Assembly (NCBI RefSeq): GCF_902652985.1
Contig: NC_047021.1
Location: forward strand, 32,860,001 to 32,924,000
Origin: Pecten maximus
Lineage: Eukaryota
DNA: 64,000 nucleotides
Reading direction: 5' to 3'
This document shows positions 1 through 10,681 of this stretch, piece by piece; position 1 is the stretch's first letter; each line of letters starts with the position of its first letter. Position numbers and translations under genes: made by a program. Below the pieces are notes generated by a model. The model was not told the DNA's origin. It worked only from the letters and a program-made list of their open reading frames with translations, and did no database searches.

Positions 1-682
1 GATTATGGCCTAGTAGGACATTGATTCCCAGATGCGTTTCAACTTAGACACAAGCCAAATTGATGAGCGAGCACGTTGTGTTGTGAATCTTCGGTTAGTC
101 TGGGGTAACATGGTATCTGATAGAGGTGTTTAGACTTTATTAGCGAAAACCTTTCTTCTTGTGACACATTTGCCAGTACAATGCAAAACAAAACCAAAAA
201 ACAAACAAACAAAAAGTTTTCAGCTCTCGAGACTGATAGTGGCAAAACGGTTGTCTCAAGGTGGACATGATGGCAGCTGCTGCAGAAAAAAAGGAAGCCT
301 GCAATTGAAAGTGGAGATTATCATGTTTGTATCTGAGCAACAGTTATCGGAGATCGAGGATAGTGTAAACGCAGTCACGAACAGTCTTATAACGCCCTGA
401 AAAATGCATTATCTTTGGTGGTGAGAGAAGTAACATTCTTCACATTCTTCACATTAGTGCAAGAAATATTCACTATTATCTTTGTGTAATGTCAGATGCC
501 ATAAAGACCACCACTTCCCGCCACATCTGTTCCAGGGACTAGACGAAAAGCAGTCGGGTAACGGAAGCGGATATTATTCTTGATGAACTTTTGTATATAG
601 AGATATCATATGGCATGCATTACATGCGAGTGATTGTTGATGACAATTCGGTGTTTACAAGGACCCAACAGACGGGTCCAAT

Positions 683-791
683 CACAGGGGCTTGGCACGA
701 TTTTCCAAATGATAGTCTATATATATATGTATATACCATATACATATATATATATAGACTATCATTTGGAAAATCGTGCCAAGCCCCTGTG
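683..791. mobile_element. 109-bp near-perfect palindromic MITE with CACAGGGG termini and 8-bp TSD (P- or hAT-type)
   Basis: Arm CACAGGGGCTTGGCACGATTTTCCAAATGATAGTCTATATATATAT has an exact inverted copy ending at 791. GGTCCAAT flanks both ends (675-682 and 792-799). Confidence 0.85.
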
Positions 792-907
792 GGTCCAATA
801 TGCTGCAGATATGTAACCAAGATGGAATATTCCTACAGGTATATATGTGTGTTCGTTCAAGTTTAGAGAAATCAGCGGTGGACTAATCACAGTAAAAGGG
901 CTGGGTA

Positions 908-1196
908 TAGTGTTCCGTTAGGGCCAAATTTCCAATATCACTCCTTCGACCTAAACGCGAAAGAGCGAAAACACGATGACAATGGAGCGAAGAAGCGAAA
1001 ACACGATGGCGAAGGAGCGAAAACACGATGACGAAGGAGCGAAGAAGCGAAAACACGATAGCGATGGAGCGATCCTTCGCCAAAAGACGATGGCGAAGGA
1101 GCAAAGTTCCATCGCTCCTTTACCACCATGTTTTCGCTCCTTCGCTTCTTCGCGTTTAGCGGTCGATATTGGAAATTTGGCCCTTACTGAACACCA
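908..1196. mobile_element. MITE with about 35-bp TIRs, TA flanks and internal GCGAAGGAGCGAAAACACGATG-type repeats
   Basis: Left end TAGTGTTCCGTTAGGGCCAAATTTCCAATATC; reverse complement of right end TGGTGTTCAGTAAGGGCCAAATTTCCAATATC. TA on both sides. Confidence 0.8.
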
Positions 1197-2950
1197 TATA
1201 GCTGGGGAATGTTTAGGATGATCCGAATCAGGCTTACAACTAGAAGCAAAACATTTCATTATAAACAGTCGGTACGGCAGTACATCTGATGTAGTTGTTG
1301 AATAGAACATGCTGTCAGATTTAAAATTAGCCTTCTTTGGATTGGGTAGAAACCAAAAGCAACCAGCTTAGTGGAAACTTCACCAGCAACCTAGCTGAAC
1401 GCTGGTTGTCCATACTGATACTATTTGACGAAGCTATCAACATTGTGAAATAACTTGGGTCTTTCCTCGTCCATAGTTTGGCACTACGTTACACTACCAA
1501 GTTTAACATCATGTTGCTCATTATAAAGGGAATTCGTACTTCAACACTCCGATTTAAGTCATAAAAGAATAGAGATACCACAGCAAGACAGGGAAAGGAC
1601 ATGATAACCCCATAGCCTACTAGTATGAAGAGCTAACAGGAATACAGACAAACTGCACTTGAAGTAGTGGATTCTGTGCGTCCACATGTTTTGAAAAGTG
1701 AATGTTCGCATTTCCTGAATAGCTCGATGGATCTGCCTCATCAACAGTACTAGCAGGTTCAACTGACCACACGGGGTTAATATATAAACGTCAGATTAGG
1801 CTGACTGCCTAAAACTTTGGAGATATGCTTCATAAAATACAAATAACTCGGCCATTCTAGTTTTAGCATTTCTCTATTTCTCCTTCCATGAACACTAGCT
1901 ATAGGAATGTGTAAGTGTCTCGACAACGAATAAAAAGCTACTAGTCGTGGTGGAAATGTTGTTTTGCCAGTTGGTTCGTGTGGTATTATTGAAATGAAGA
2001 ACCTTCTCCAACACAGCAAATGAGAAGTTCCGTTATGAGGACATACATGGCTCATTGAAATTGAAAAAGATCACAAGTACTACTATCAAATTGTTCAAAA
2101 CATAATCGATTATTTTTAATTACTGTAGGGATAATTGTAATCGATAGTTTATCATTTCTGATTAACAAATGTCTTAAACACGCGTTTAAATAGTTGTATT
2201 CAATGCAATGCATATATGTATATTGCACTGCCTTCCTCAAGGTCTTTTGCTAGAGAAATTGCAAACTGTGTTTGATGAGTAGATTAGACTTGGTCCTAGA
2301 TTTGACGGCTGGGAAATGCTATGGAAGGGGTCATCCTGAGGTCAATTTTCCGATTACCTATTTTTAATATATTTCAATTAAAAATTTTCATTTCATTTTT
2401 CAAAACCCGGTAACCTTACGAAGAACTCAATACATGTACATGTAAATGAAAATGTAAATTCACTTGAAGACGTTTTAGAAAATGAAAGTAATTTTTTTTA
2501 TAAACTTCATAGATAACAGCTTGGGGGCTTATTCTAAGAAACCTTAGACAATATGTACGGTTTTGGGAAATATTGGTAATCAGGAAATTAACTCTGAATA
2601 TTGTGTTCAGCCTTAATTAGGTGGATACCTAAATAGCACCAGCTTGAGAACCACGTTCCAATATTTATTTATAAAGCATCTAAGCAATCACGCTGTGTAA
2701 AAGAGTATTCGAACCAATAACGAAAAAGGTTCGACCTACCACTACCTTATCACTACATTTCAAAAGAACTTCTGCCTGCAAGTAGGACGTAAGAGGCGAC
2801 TAAACTTGGGATCTTATCTTTTCTCTTCTTTCTAAACAACTTTCTTCTTCCTAATGTCTCTAATGATATTGTCTCACTTTTTCGCCTTTAGTTGAGCCTC
2901 CGCCGCTGTGAGGAAGGCTTCGAAATGTGTTGCTGACCGAGGCATACCAC

Positions 2951-4050
2951 TAACAAGAGGCCCAAAGGACCTGTATCGCTCACATGGATTTTCAGTAATT
3001 GTGACAAAACACTTCAATTTAAGTTATATTACAAATGCTTTCCACAGTTTGTGATCTGCCACTCCGTATCATGCATTACAATCAAAACTTTCATTTCACT
3101 AACATTAAGCTTTCTGGTTCAAAACGTTTGACATTTGGACTTCGAAAATAATAGCAATGGAGTAAAGTATACGTTATTTATGTCCTATGATGCGACTCAT
3201 TTCCTACCACCTCCATATTTGCTGTGCTATAGATTTGATTGGATTTATTTATACCTTTTATATTAATAACCTTTCCACTAACAGGCAGGATTAGAGATCC
3301 ATGTTGTCCTTGACCTTCAGCCTCAAATGACTTTCTCCTTTGACTTGGATTGTTGAACAGTTGAATATTTGTATAATTCCAACCAACTTTTCTCCACAAT
3401 GTCATAACAAAATGTTCATCAGTGAAAAGATACAAAATTTGACCTTGGACTTTGACCTTGATCATTGTCATCAGTATTTGTTTACTTAAAGTATGAGTTT
3501 AACTTGTGAGGCATTGTATTGTGTATCAGAATTCTGAAATAATTGTCGGAGCTCTATACTCCTTGTCAGTGGTATTTCATATTTGGCCTGTGGTCACCTT
3601 GGTTATGCCGTGTATCGCAAAAATCAGGTTGTCCGGTCTTAAAGTGTAACATTTTTTGTGTACATGAGCTCCATCATCTACTTTACTTACAGTATGGAAT
3701 CACCTTGGCGAGGCAGTGTCTCATGTATCTAAGGTAGGCAACTCTTCCCTACATTTTGAACTTTGATCCTACATAAAAAAAAAAGTGTTTGAGCTCATCT
3801 CCTACACTTTTTTTCACTTGAATGCAATAGTTGAGGTACGGTCCGCCTTACTCTGATCGCCCTTTTGACCTTTGACCGATATATACTGCTACAATCAAAG
3901 ACCTGTGAATATGTTACAAAATGTATCTGCCTATTCTTGGCATATAATTTCACATCTGTCGGGGTACTCTGACGAAAATTGTGCATGACCCCACACAAAA
4001 ATCGATCAAACTAGGTCACTCAAGAGACTTTGTCTCGAGTTGCTTAAAAA
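2951..4050 (+). mobile_element. Non-autonomous Helitron/Helentron-like (HINE-like) dispersed repeat
   Basis: Begins AACAAGAGGCCC...ATCGCTCAC, carries internal GACCTT(G) motifs, and ends in an imperfect hairpin GGTCACTCAAGAGACTTTGTCTCGAGTTGCTTAAAAA. This architecture is recalled from common bivalve repeats. Confidence 0.45.
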
Positions 4051-6180
4051 AGATACCTATTATCAAAATGCTTAAATTTTATAAGATTATTTTCTGATTG
4101 TTGCATATAAATCATTACACTTTACCTACATGTAGGTTCGGCCTGCAACTATATTATCACAACACGTTGCCCATACAAAATAATTTGTAGTGAAGGGGAG
4201 ACAACCAGCTATAGGGAACAACCAACCAATTGAAAAAAAATATTTTTGAAACAGCCCCTGTGTATAGAACGTTGAGCCAAGGATAAAATGTCTGGCAGCC
4301 ACTGATTGGCCAGTATGTTATGAAGTGAGAAAATAGATATGTAGCCTGATAGGTAGCTAGCAATAAGAAATGTTGATATAAATTTCGTAAGTCCGATTGT
4401 TTTTTTTCCCAAAAGTTCACGTAATAATAGTAAACAGGTAAACATTTAAGATTTTTGAGAATTTTTACTGCGAAATTCACCTATTTTCAAAATGGCTACC
4501 CTGGAGAAAATTTGAGCTGAAGGACCCAACTTTTTTTTTTGATTAGGTGTTATATCAGACCCTAAACTTTTGTTATAAACCATAATCGTCATATTCAATT
4601 CAAGAATTTGAATGAAATAATCCAAAACGTTAACACTAATGTCTATGGGAAAACAATTGGTTGGTTGGTCTCTTTAGGTAAACCATGCCATTCTTGGTGG
4701 ATAAGCAAAGGCTTGAAGGGATATTGTAAAACAATAACTGTGTGGAGAAAGGGACACGGAATAAGGAAAAGAGGCTCAGTACTCTTCGCCCAAACATGAA
4801 GGAAAAGAGGCTCAGTTCTCTTCACCCAAACATGATTGGTTGTTAAAAAGTCGCTTAATGATGTAACACATTAGACCCAAATGCCCTTAAAAAGTAGGTC
4901 AAAGTGATTCATTTCAACAAACAGGCATTAAATGCCTTCATCCCATGCAGCATTCTAATTGAAATTATCATAAACAAGGACCTCTTGGTTATAGGAACAA
5001 ATTTAACCTATGTGACTTTGAAATTAGGACAAGGTCATTTATCCCAGGATTCTACTGGCCTAATATCATGGTGTATGGCCTATTGGTTATTACATAGGTG
5101 TTTTATGGAAAAGGCCAAAGCTTGACAGATAACCAATGCCACATAACAGCATTTGGTCATCTGCCTCTTGGGTGAAATATCTGGTTGAAGATTGAATGAA
5201 AAATACAAGGAGTGAATGACTTCCATTTTGAATGTTTGACATCCTTTCATAACCAATCTTGTGTACTTTTGGTTTAAAGCTGCCTTCATCTAAAGAAAAA
5301 TAAACAAATTGTTTTTAAAATAGTTTATTTACAACAATAAAATTCTGTTCATTCAGATTAACTTTTCCCAAAATACAAATGTTTGTGAACATGATTTACT
5401 TAATCAGAAATTAAACTTTTACATCTCTCAAACTGATCCAGCCCTTACACACAGATTTTCTTACATATTTGAAACACACTTTCATGCACTCTAAATGTTA
5501 TTTTTGTAGATGTGTAGAATTTCAACATTCTCTTGATGAACTTAAATGTGACAATGAAGATGTTAGATGTAAACTTAATGTAAATTCTTAAATGAACAGT
5601 TTTTCAAACTTCAACACATTATAGAGATTTCATAGATTTTCTCGTACAACTATTTCCAAAAATCACAATATCTTCACAATGATAACAATTCAACCAATGA
5701 AGGTATTTTGTAGGCAATCTACAGATGTTATAGTCCTAAAGGCAGAAGCCAGGATATCAGATACAGTATTTATAGAAGTTTTAAAGAGTACTTATTACCA
5801 AAGAAATAATTTTGTATCATTTCTTAAAGGAAACATTTCACAAAAAGAGGGTTTAGGAGGAGATTTTTTCCATTCACAGTTTCTTATCCATTTAAGGACT
5901 TAATGTGATTACACAAATAAGATTGTATTAAAGAAGATAATTTCTCAAATCCTTCTACTTAATTACTTAAGTATGGCTACTGACTTAAATCTACGAAGTT
6001 TATAGTAAAAAGACCTACAATGTTTATATTACTTATAAATTGTAATTTGACTTTTGATATCCTACTTCAGAAACTTCATGAAAATCTCCTAAATGAATGT
6101 CAACTATTAACATGGTCCTCTTGGATGTTTTCCTCAATGAAGAATGAAATGACAATGAAGATGAGGTCAGATGACAGGGG

Positions 6181-9100
6181 TCAGTGCATAACAGAGTTAA
6201 GAGGTTCTGCTTTGATATTGTTGAAGTCCAGTCCACCATCTGTATCATCATCGATCTCCCCTATCACAGCACTGTAACGAAACACATGTATCATTCAAAT
6301 TGAGTATATATGTTTTTGCAAATAATGTACCAATTCCAGTAACTTTTTCTTTTATTTGATATATTTACTTTAATTAAGTTAAGGAAGTAGAGCAGCTGTC
6401 TTGAACTCATATTAATAAAACTTTTTCCTATTTATTTTTTATTTTTTAGCAAAAATATTACAATAAAAAAAAATCATATCTTCAGCGAAATTGTACAAGT
6501 AATGAGGTCTAAGTTGAATAGATTACTTTCAATCAGTTTCTGCTTCTCAGACATGCAAGCAATTCATTCTACATTATATATCCACATTCTACAGTATATA
6601 TCCACATTCTACATTATATATCCACATTCTACAGTATACATCCACATTCTACATTATATATCCACATTCTACATTATATATCCATAAACAAAACTTAGAT
6701 TATCTCCCTTACACTGATTATCAACAAAACTTGATGATTGTCTCCCCTTAAGCAATAAATATCAGTACGAACATCTGGATGGATATACGTAATTATACTA
6801 ATTAAAGAGGGGATGGTGTTACATTCACTTTCGATCCCTTTCTGCACCTATGGACTATGTGTAATGAAAGCATGGGACTAGCTACATTTTGTTTTTAGTT
6901 GGTTTCAGGGAAAAAATCTTAACAATTACTTAATTGAAGCATTTCTTTTGAAGATTAGGAACCACAACAAATTCAAAGCCAGTCAATTTAATGTAATGGT
7001 ATAACTACTTAAGGTTTGTTTGGTGTACTTCAGAGAATCAAACTAGTCCTTTTGTTTTTGTTTTCACCAGATGCCAGTGACCAAGTCTTCTATTGTTATG
7101 ACATATTCTAGGGGTGCATGCAGAGAGTGAAAGTGAAGATTTTGAACTACAAAGGATGGTTCATAGTTACATCAATCATCTCTGGTTAACAACTTACACA
7201 TTATCCCCTCTGATGATGTATAGTCCCAGTATGACCTGCTCCACACCTTGGGAAGAGCTGTACACACGCTCATGACTTTCATCCAGGATCAAGTTAATGG
7301 TCTGGTCAAAACCCTTCAATGTGCCCTGAAAGTTTAATTTTACAAAATCAAAATCTAGGTAGAGTACACTGATTAATAAAACATCCAATTCATGCAGGGG
7401 TCTGCTTAGTAAAATTTGTGTCTTTGTTGCAAAAGCAGGCAATCATGAAGTTGAGTAATTACGATAATGTGCCCGCTTTGCTGGTTATGATGACTGGAGG
7501 CATCATTATTCAGAACAAATAAAGTACTGTGTCAAAGTCTTCACGAAGTTCAAAAATCGCTTCATTCTTTCGTTTTGGAACTTCCTGTGATAGCCTTCTT
7601 TAAAACATAAGCATGCGGTAGAAATATACATATTCCTAGGTATTGGTGAAGGCAATTCTTTTGATGTGCATTCTTAGATACCCCCCCCAAATAAAATAGC
7701 TATAAAAGACCAGTCATCATTATTATACTTACCACGATAATTCTGCCATCAGCTGTCACTATAGACACAGTATCTGTTGTATGAGTCAAGGATAACTAAA
7801 TAGAACAATATTATGAATAAAAAATATTTGACATATGGAATAAAGGTAATCTAAATGATGTGAAGATATACATATGTATATGCAGCTGTGCACATTTTTT
7901 TTATCCCACAACTGTGTGCTTAATTAACAGATAGCTATAGCTATCCATAAACTATTCTTAAAATTAATCTCTTTAACACTACATAGTACATATAGCCTTG
8001 TCGCACATCAGATTCTGTATATCAAACTTGCACAAACATCTCTCTGTTGATGTAAATAATAAGCAAGCCTACAGATAGGGTACGGAATGGATGGGAAGAT
8101 TGTCCATAAGTATTTAAACATGAGCCAGACATGGTTCATTTATCACTTAAGCTTTCTATACCAAACTTACAATAAACAATGCAACATGTTTTTTGATAAC
8201 AATGCATGCACACAAAACTGACACCTGAAACTTGCTGGGGATGTCAACAAATTAAACAACATTTGACCATAATGTAATCAATTTTGATCCAAACAATGGA
8301 GAAATTATTTACTGAACTGAATTAATTCTGATCAAAACTGCTTTCAATATATGTTCAAATGTTGTTTATAAACATCCCAGGTGTCGGTTTTGTGCGCATG
8401 CATTTTTATTAGAAAAAAAATATTTTTGTCAGTTTGCATTTGGTATAGCTGTATAGATTATAGTTATAGCTATTATAGCTATATATCACTATCACTAATA
8501 CTAGTGATTAATTAACATGTGCCAAACCATAGGCACATGTATCTGGTAACTATAGCTAACACCAGAGTAAAAATTATTTTCAATTACAGATCTGTATATA
8601 TAGTACATATATCAAGGATAATTTTAACTGATATTAATTACATACAAGTGTACATGTAAGAGGAAGGAGTAATGAAAAATACCTTGCCCACGCTGGGGTT
8701 ATTATATAGAACTAGCAAATTCTCGCTCTCAAGTTTCAAGGCAAACATCCTACCACTAGGCTAAAGAGAAATTTCCACTAGTCTGAGCTAGTATACTCTC
8801 TACTTTTACACTTCTCCCTCCTTCACAAACTCTTCGCTCCCGAAGCCACAGCAACACAGCCACAATTATTAACCCAGGTTTTTTATCTCCAAGGAAACCT
8901 GTCAGGCTCCTATAGCTTTCACTTGGGAGTAAACAACGGCCCCAAATTTGTAATAAAATACCCAGCCCAGTTCCGTTATATTCCTCCCTCCTTCAACAAA
9001 GTCTTTAACCCCGAAGACACACACTAAACCCTATACCACCTCCATGGATATTCAGTTGGGCGCCAATGTAATAGGATAGGAAAAATGCATGGCCAGATTG

Positions 9101-10386
9101 GGGTTCGAGTACTACTGTATACCTGGTAATTTTCGCCCCCGTTTAATTTTCGCCATTTTCACCCTTTGAAGTTGGAGCGAATTTAAGATGAAGGTGAAAA
9201 TTTCAAGCTGAATGGAAGGATTTATAAACCATATAGTACATGGGCCAAGTGTAGTCAGATCACAAACATACCCTCTTACTTTTCAACTGTAAAATCATGT
9301 ACTAGGCTTAGAATTTTCAATTAAAAAATGATACATAGTATGTATCATTTTTTAATTGAAAATTCTAAGTCTTTTTTTTTTTAAATTAAGAAGTCTGGTC
9401 ATGAAATACAGAGTGGCATCAAATTCCTGCCATGGAAAAGACGAATTTTATGAGTTAACTGTCGCTTAATTGTGGCATGTGAACAAGAGAAAACACTGGT
9501 CAGTCATTAGTCACGGCGCGGTGAGCTTACAATTGATCGTGTTTGCTTAAAATCACCCATGTATACCCAATACTACATGAATCAATTAATACTACATGAA
9601 TCAGGAGGGAAAAGAAAACATGAGCACAGGTAAATTTTCTTTATTTCACACTGGATTACATTTCACATCTCATGCATATGCTGGTAAGATAATTAGGGAA
9701 CTTGGTAAGTCCAGAGTGTTCCGAGTGCAACTGTATTGAGATTTCTGAACGGAATTCTTCGATTTTACAAACGAAGAAAACCAATTAGTGCAAATTAAAA
9801 ACGGGGCGAATATGTTTTGTGTTGCTCAAGGGCGAAAATAACCTGGGGCGAAAATTACCAGGTATACAGTAACCAGATGCTCTACCGATTGAGCTACCTG
9901 GTCCAATTCTGCTACACAAGTGCCTATGGCCAAACCTGGTATGGCAGGGCTCAAAGTGGTGCCTATTTTAATTTTTGGTGACCTGCATGGTTTAAGATTC
10001 ATCATTCATTGGCAACCAGTTATTGACTTGTTTTGAAAAATATTAGAAATAAAGTAAAACCAGAAAATTTGCTCAAGACTCGGTGCAACCACAGGGGCAG
10101 GTGTAGTGTTAAAATAAAAAATAGCCAGAAATATCTATATATCAAAGACTATCAGCTGGCTATTTTTTACAATATAACGTTAGACATGCATGCCCCGGTG
10201 ATGCAACTGTATGTATTGTTTACATTTTTTGTGCCTTGGTATGCGCGCCGGTCTGTGAAGAAACGTATACATTTGCTATCACACGAATTTCTAATTGATC
10301 AACAAACCGGGAAATAACTTCTTCTTTTGAATAAAGAACATTTTTCGAAGGATACGATTTACATACGATTCAAGTGCGGAAGCCAT
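6181..10386 (-). CDS. LSM8: U6 snRNA-associated Sm-like protein LSm8, 96 aa. Exons 10356-10386, 7733-7773, 7198-7325, 6181-6271
   Basis: Spliced product MASALESYVNHTVSIVTADGRIIVGTLKGFDQTINLILDESHERVYSSSQGVEQVILGLYIIRGDNVAVIGEIDDDTDGGLDFNNIKAEPLNSVMH*. All introns GT-AG with compatible phases; 291 nt total. Confidence 0.97.
6565..6685. repeat. 20-bp tandem repeat (TCCACATTCTACAKTATATA), about 6 copies, in LSM8 intron 3
   Basis: Period-20 repetition is directly visible. Confidence 0.9.
8655..9918 (-). mobile_element. Tandem TRIM-like non-autonomous LTR retroelement with tRNA-like sequences inside the LTRs
   Basis: Minus strand reads: LTR ending ..TTACA (9067), PBS TGGCGCCCAAC (9055-9065, tRNA-Lys type), short internal segment, purine tract GAAGGAGGGAG (8981-8994), LTR remnant, second internal segment, PPT (8811-8825), and a TG...CA LTR at 8655-8810. 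Confidence 0.65.
9115..9869. mobile_element. MITE with TA TSD inserted into the tRNA-like LTR
   Basis: TIRs CTGTATACCTGGTAATTTTCGCCCC and GGGGCGAAAATTACCAGGTATACAG, flanked by TA on both sides. Confidence 0.9.
10090..10200. mobile_element. Degenerate palindromic mini-element with CACAGGGGC terminus
   Basis: CACAGGGGC...AAAAAATAGCCAG and CTGGCTATTTTTT...GCCCCGGTG arms. Flanks GTGCAAC and ATGCAAC form a 7-bp TSD with one mismatch. Confidence 0.6.
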
Positions 10387-10681
10387 CTCTTCTCTTTGGG
10401 ACGAGTTATTGTTTCCGGAAAGAAATGTTAAACTCGGTCCCAAATCATATCAGATAGAGAAATGTAGCAGTACCTGCTCTTATTTTTTACTTATATAAAA
10501 GTATCTCTGGAACAGAAGAAACAAATATATAAATCCGAAAATATATAGAATTACGGCATTATGCGTGACGTTGTAAATGAATGATCCCTTTCGAGCATGC
10601 GCAGTAAATCTTTAATGGCAGCCCCCATGGATTCCATGCCGAGAGCGAGTTGAACACAACATTTATTTCAATTATCTGGAC
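10387..10681. promoter_or_regulatory. Compact bidirectional promoter between LSM8 and MRPL2 (and possibly ERCC1)
   Basis: Divergent start codons are about 295 bp apart. NRF1-like GCATGCGCAG at 10595-10604, ETS-like TTCCGGAA near 10413, CRE half-site GTGACG near 10565. Confidence 0.7.

Larger units (their letters stand above)
240..1780 (+). pseudogene. Degraded DNA-transposon transposase (Mutator-like DDE domain followed by the start of a YqaJ-type nuclease), interrupted by two MITEs
   Basis: Manual translation across stops and frameshifts gives MMAAAAE/KRKPAIESGDYH..ATVIGDRG*CKRSHEQSYNAL, then HICSRD*TKSSRVTEADIILD..YGMHYMRVIVDDNSV, LDWVETKSNQLSGNFTSNLAERWLSI and QVQLTTRG*. These resemble, in order, the recalled motifs DGGWxKRSHxHSYNA, MEADIILEGF..RYMRxIGDGDSS, NFTTNLAE and TRGQ. 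Confidence 0.7.
7774..10355 (-). other. U12-type (minor spliceosome) GT-AG intron 1 of LSM8
   Basis: Donor GTATCCTTC. Branch site TCCTTGAC (plus-strand 7785-7792) lies about 11 nt from the CAG acceptor, with no polypyrimidine tract. Confidence 0.92.

Noticed and set aside
883-1310. Several overlapping ORFs with repeated RHRVF/AKERK motifs
   Set aside because: They derive from the internal repeats of the MITE.
9090-9904. tRNA gene
   Set aside because: The cloverleaf is incomplete, the anticodon/variable region is deleted and it is split by a MITE. Treated as a tRNA-derived part of a retroelement.
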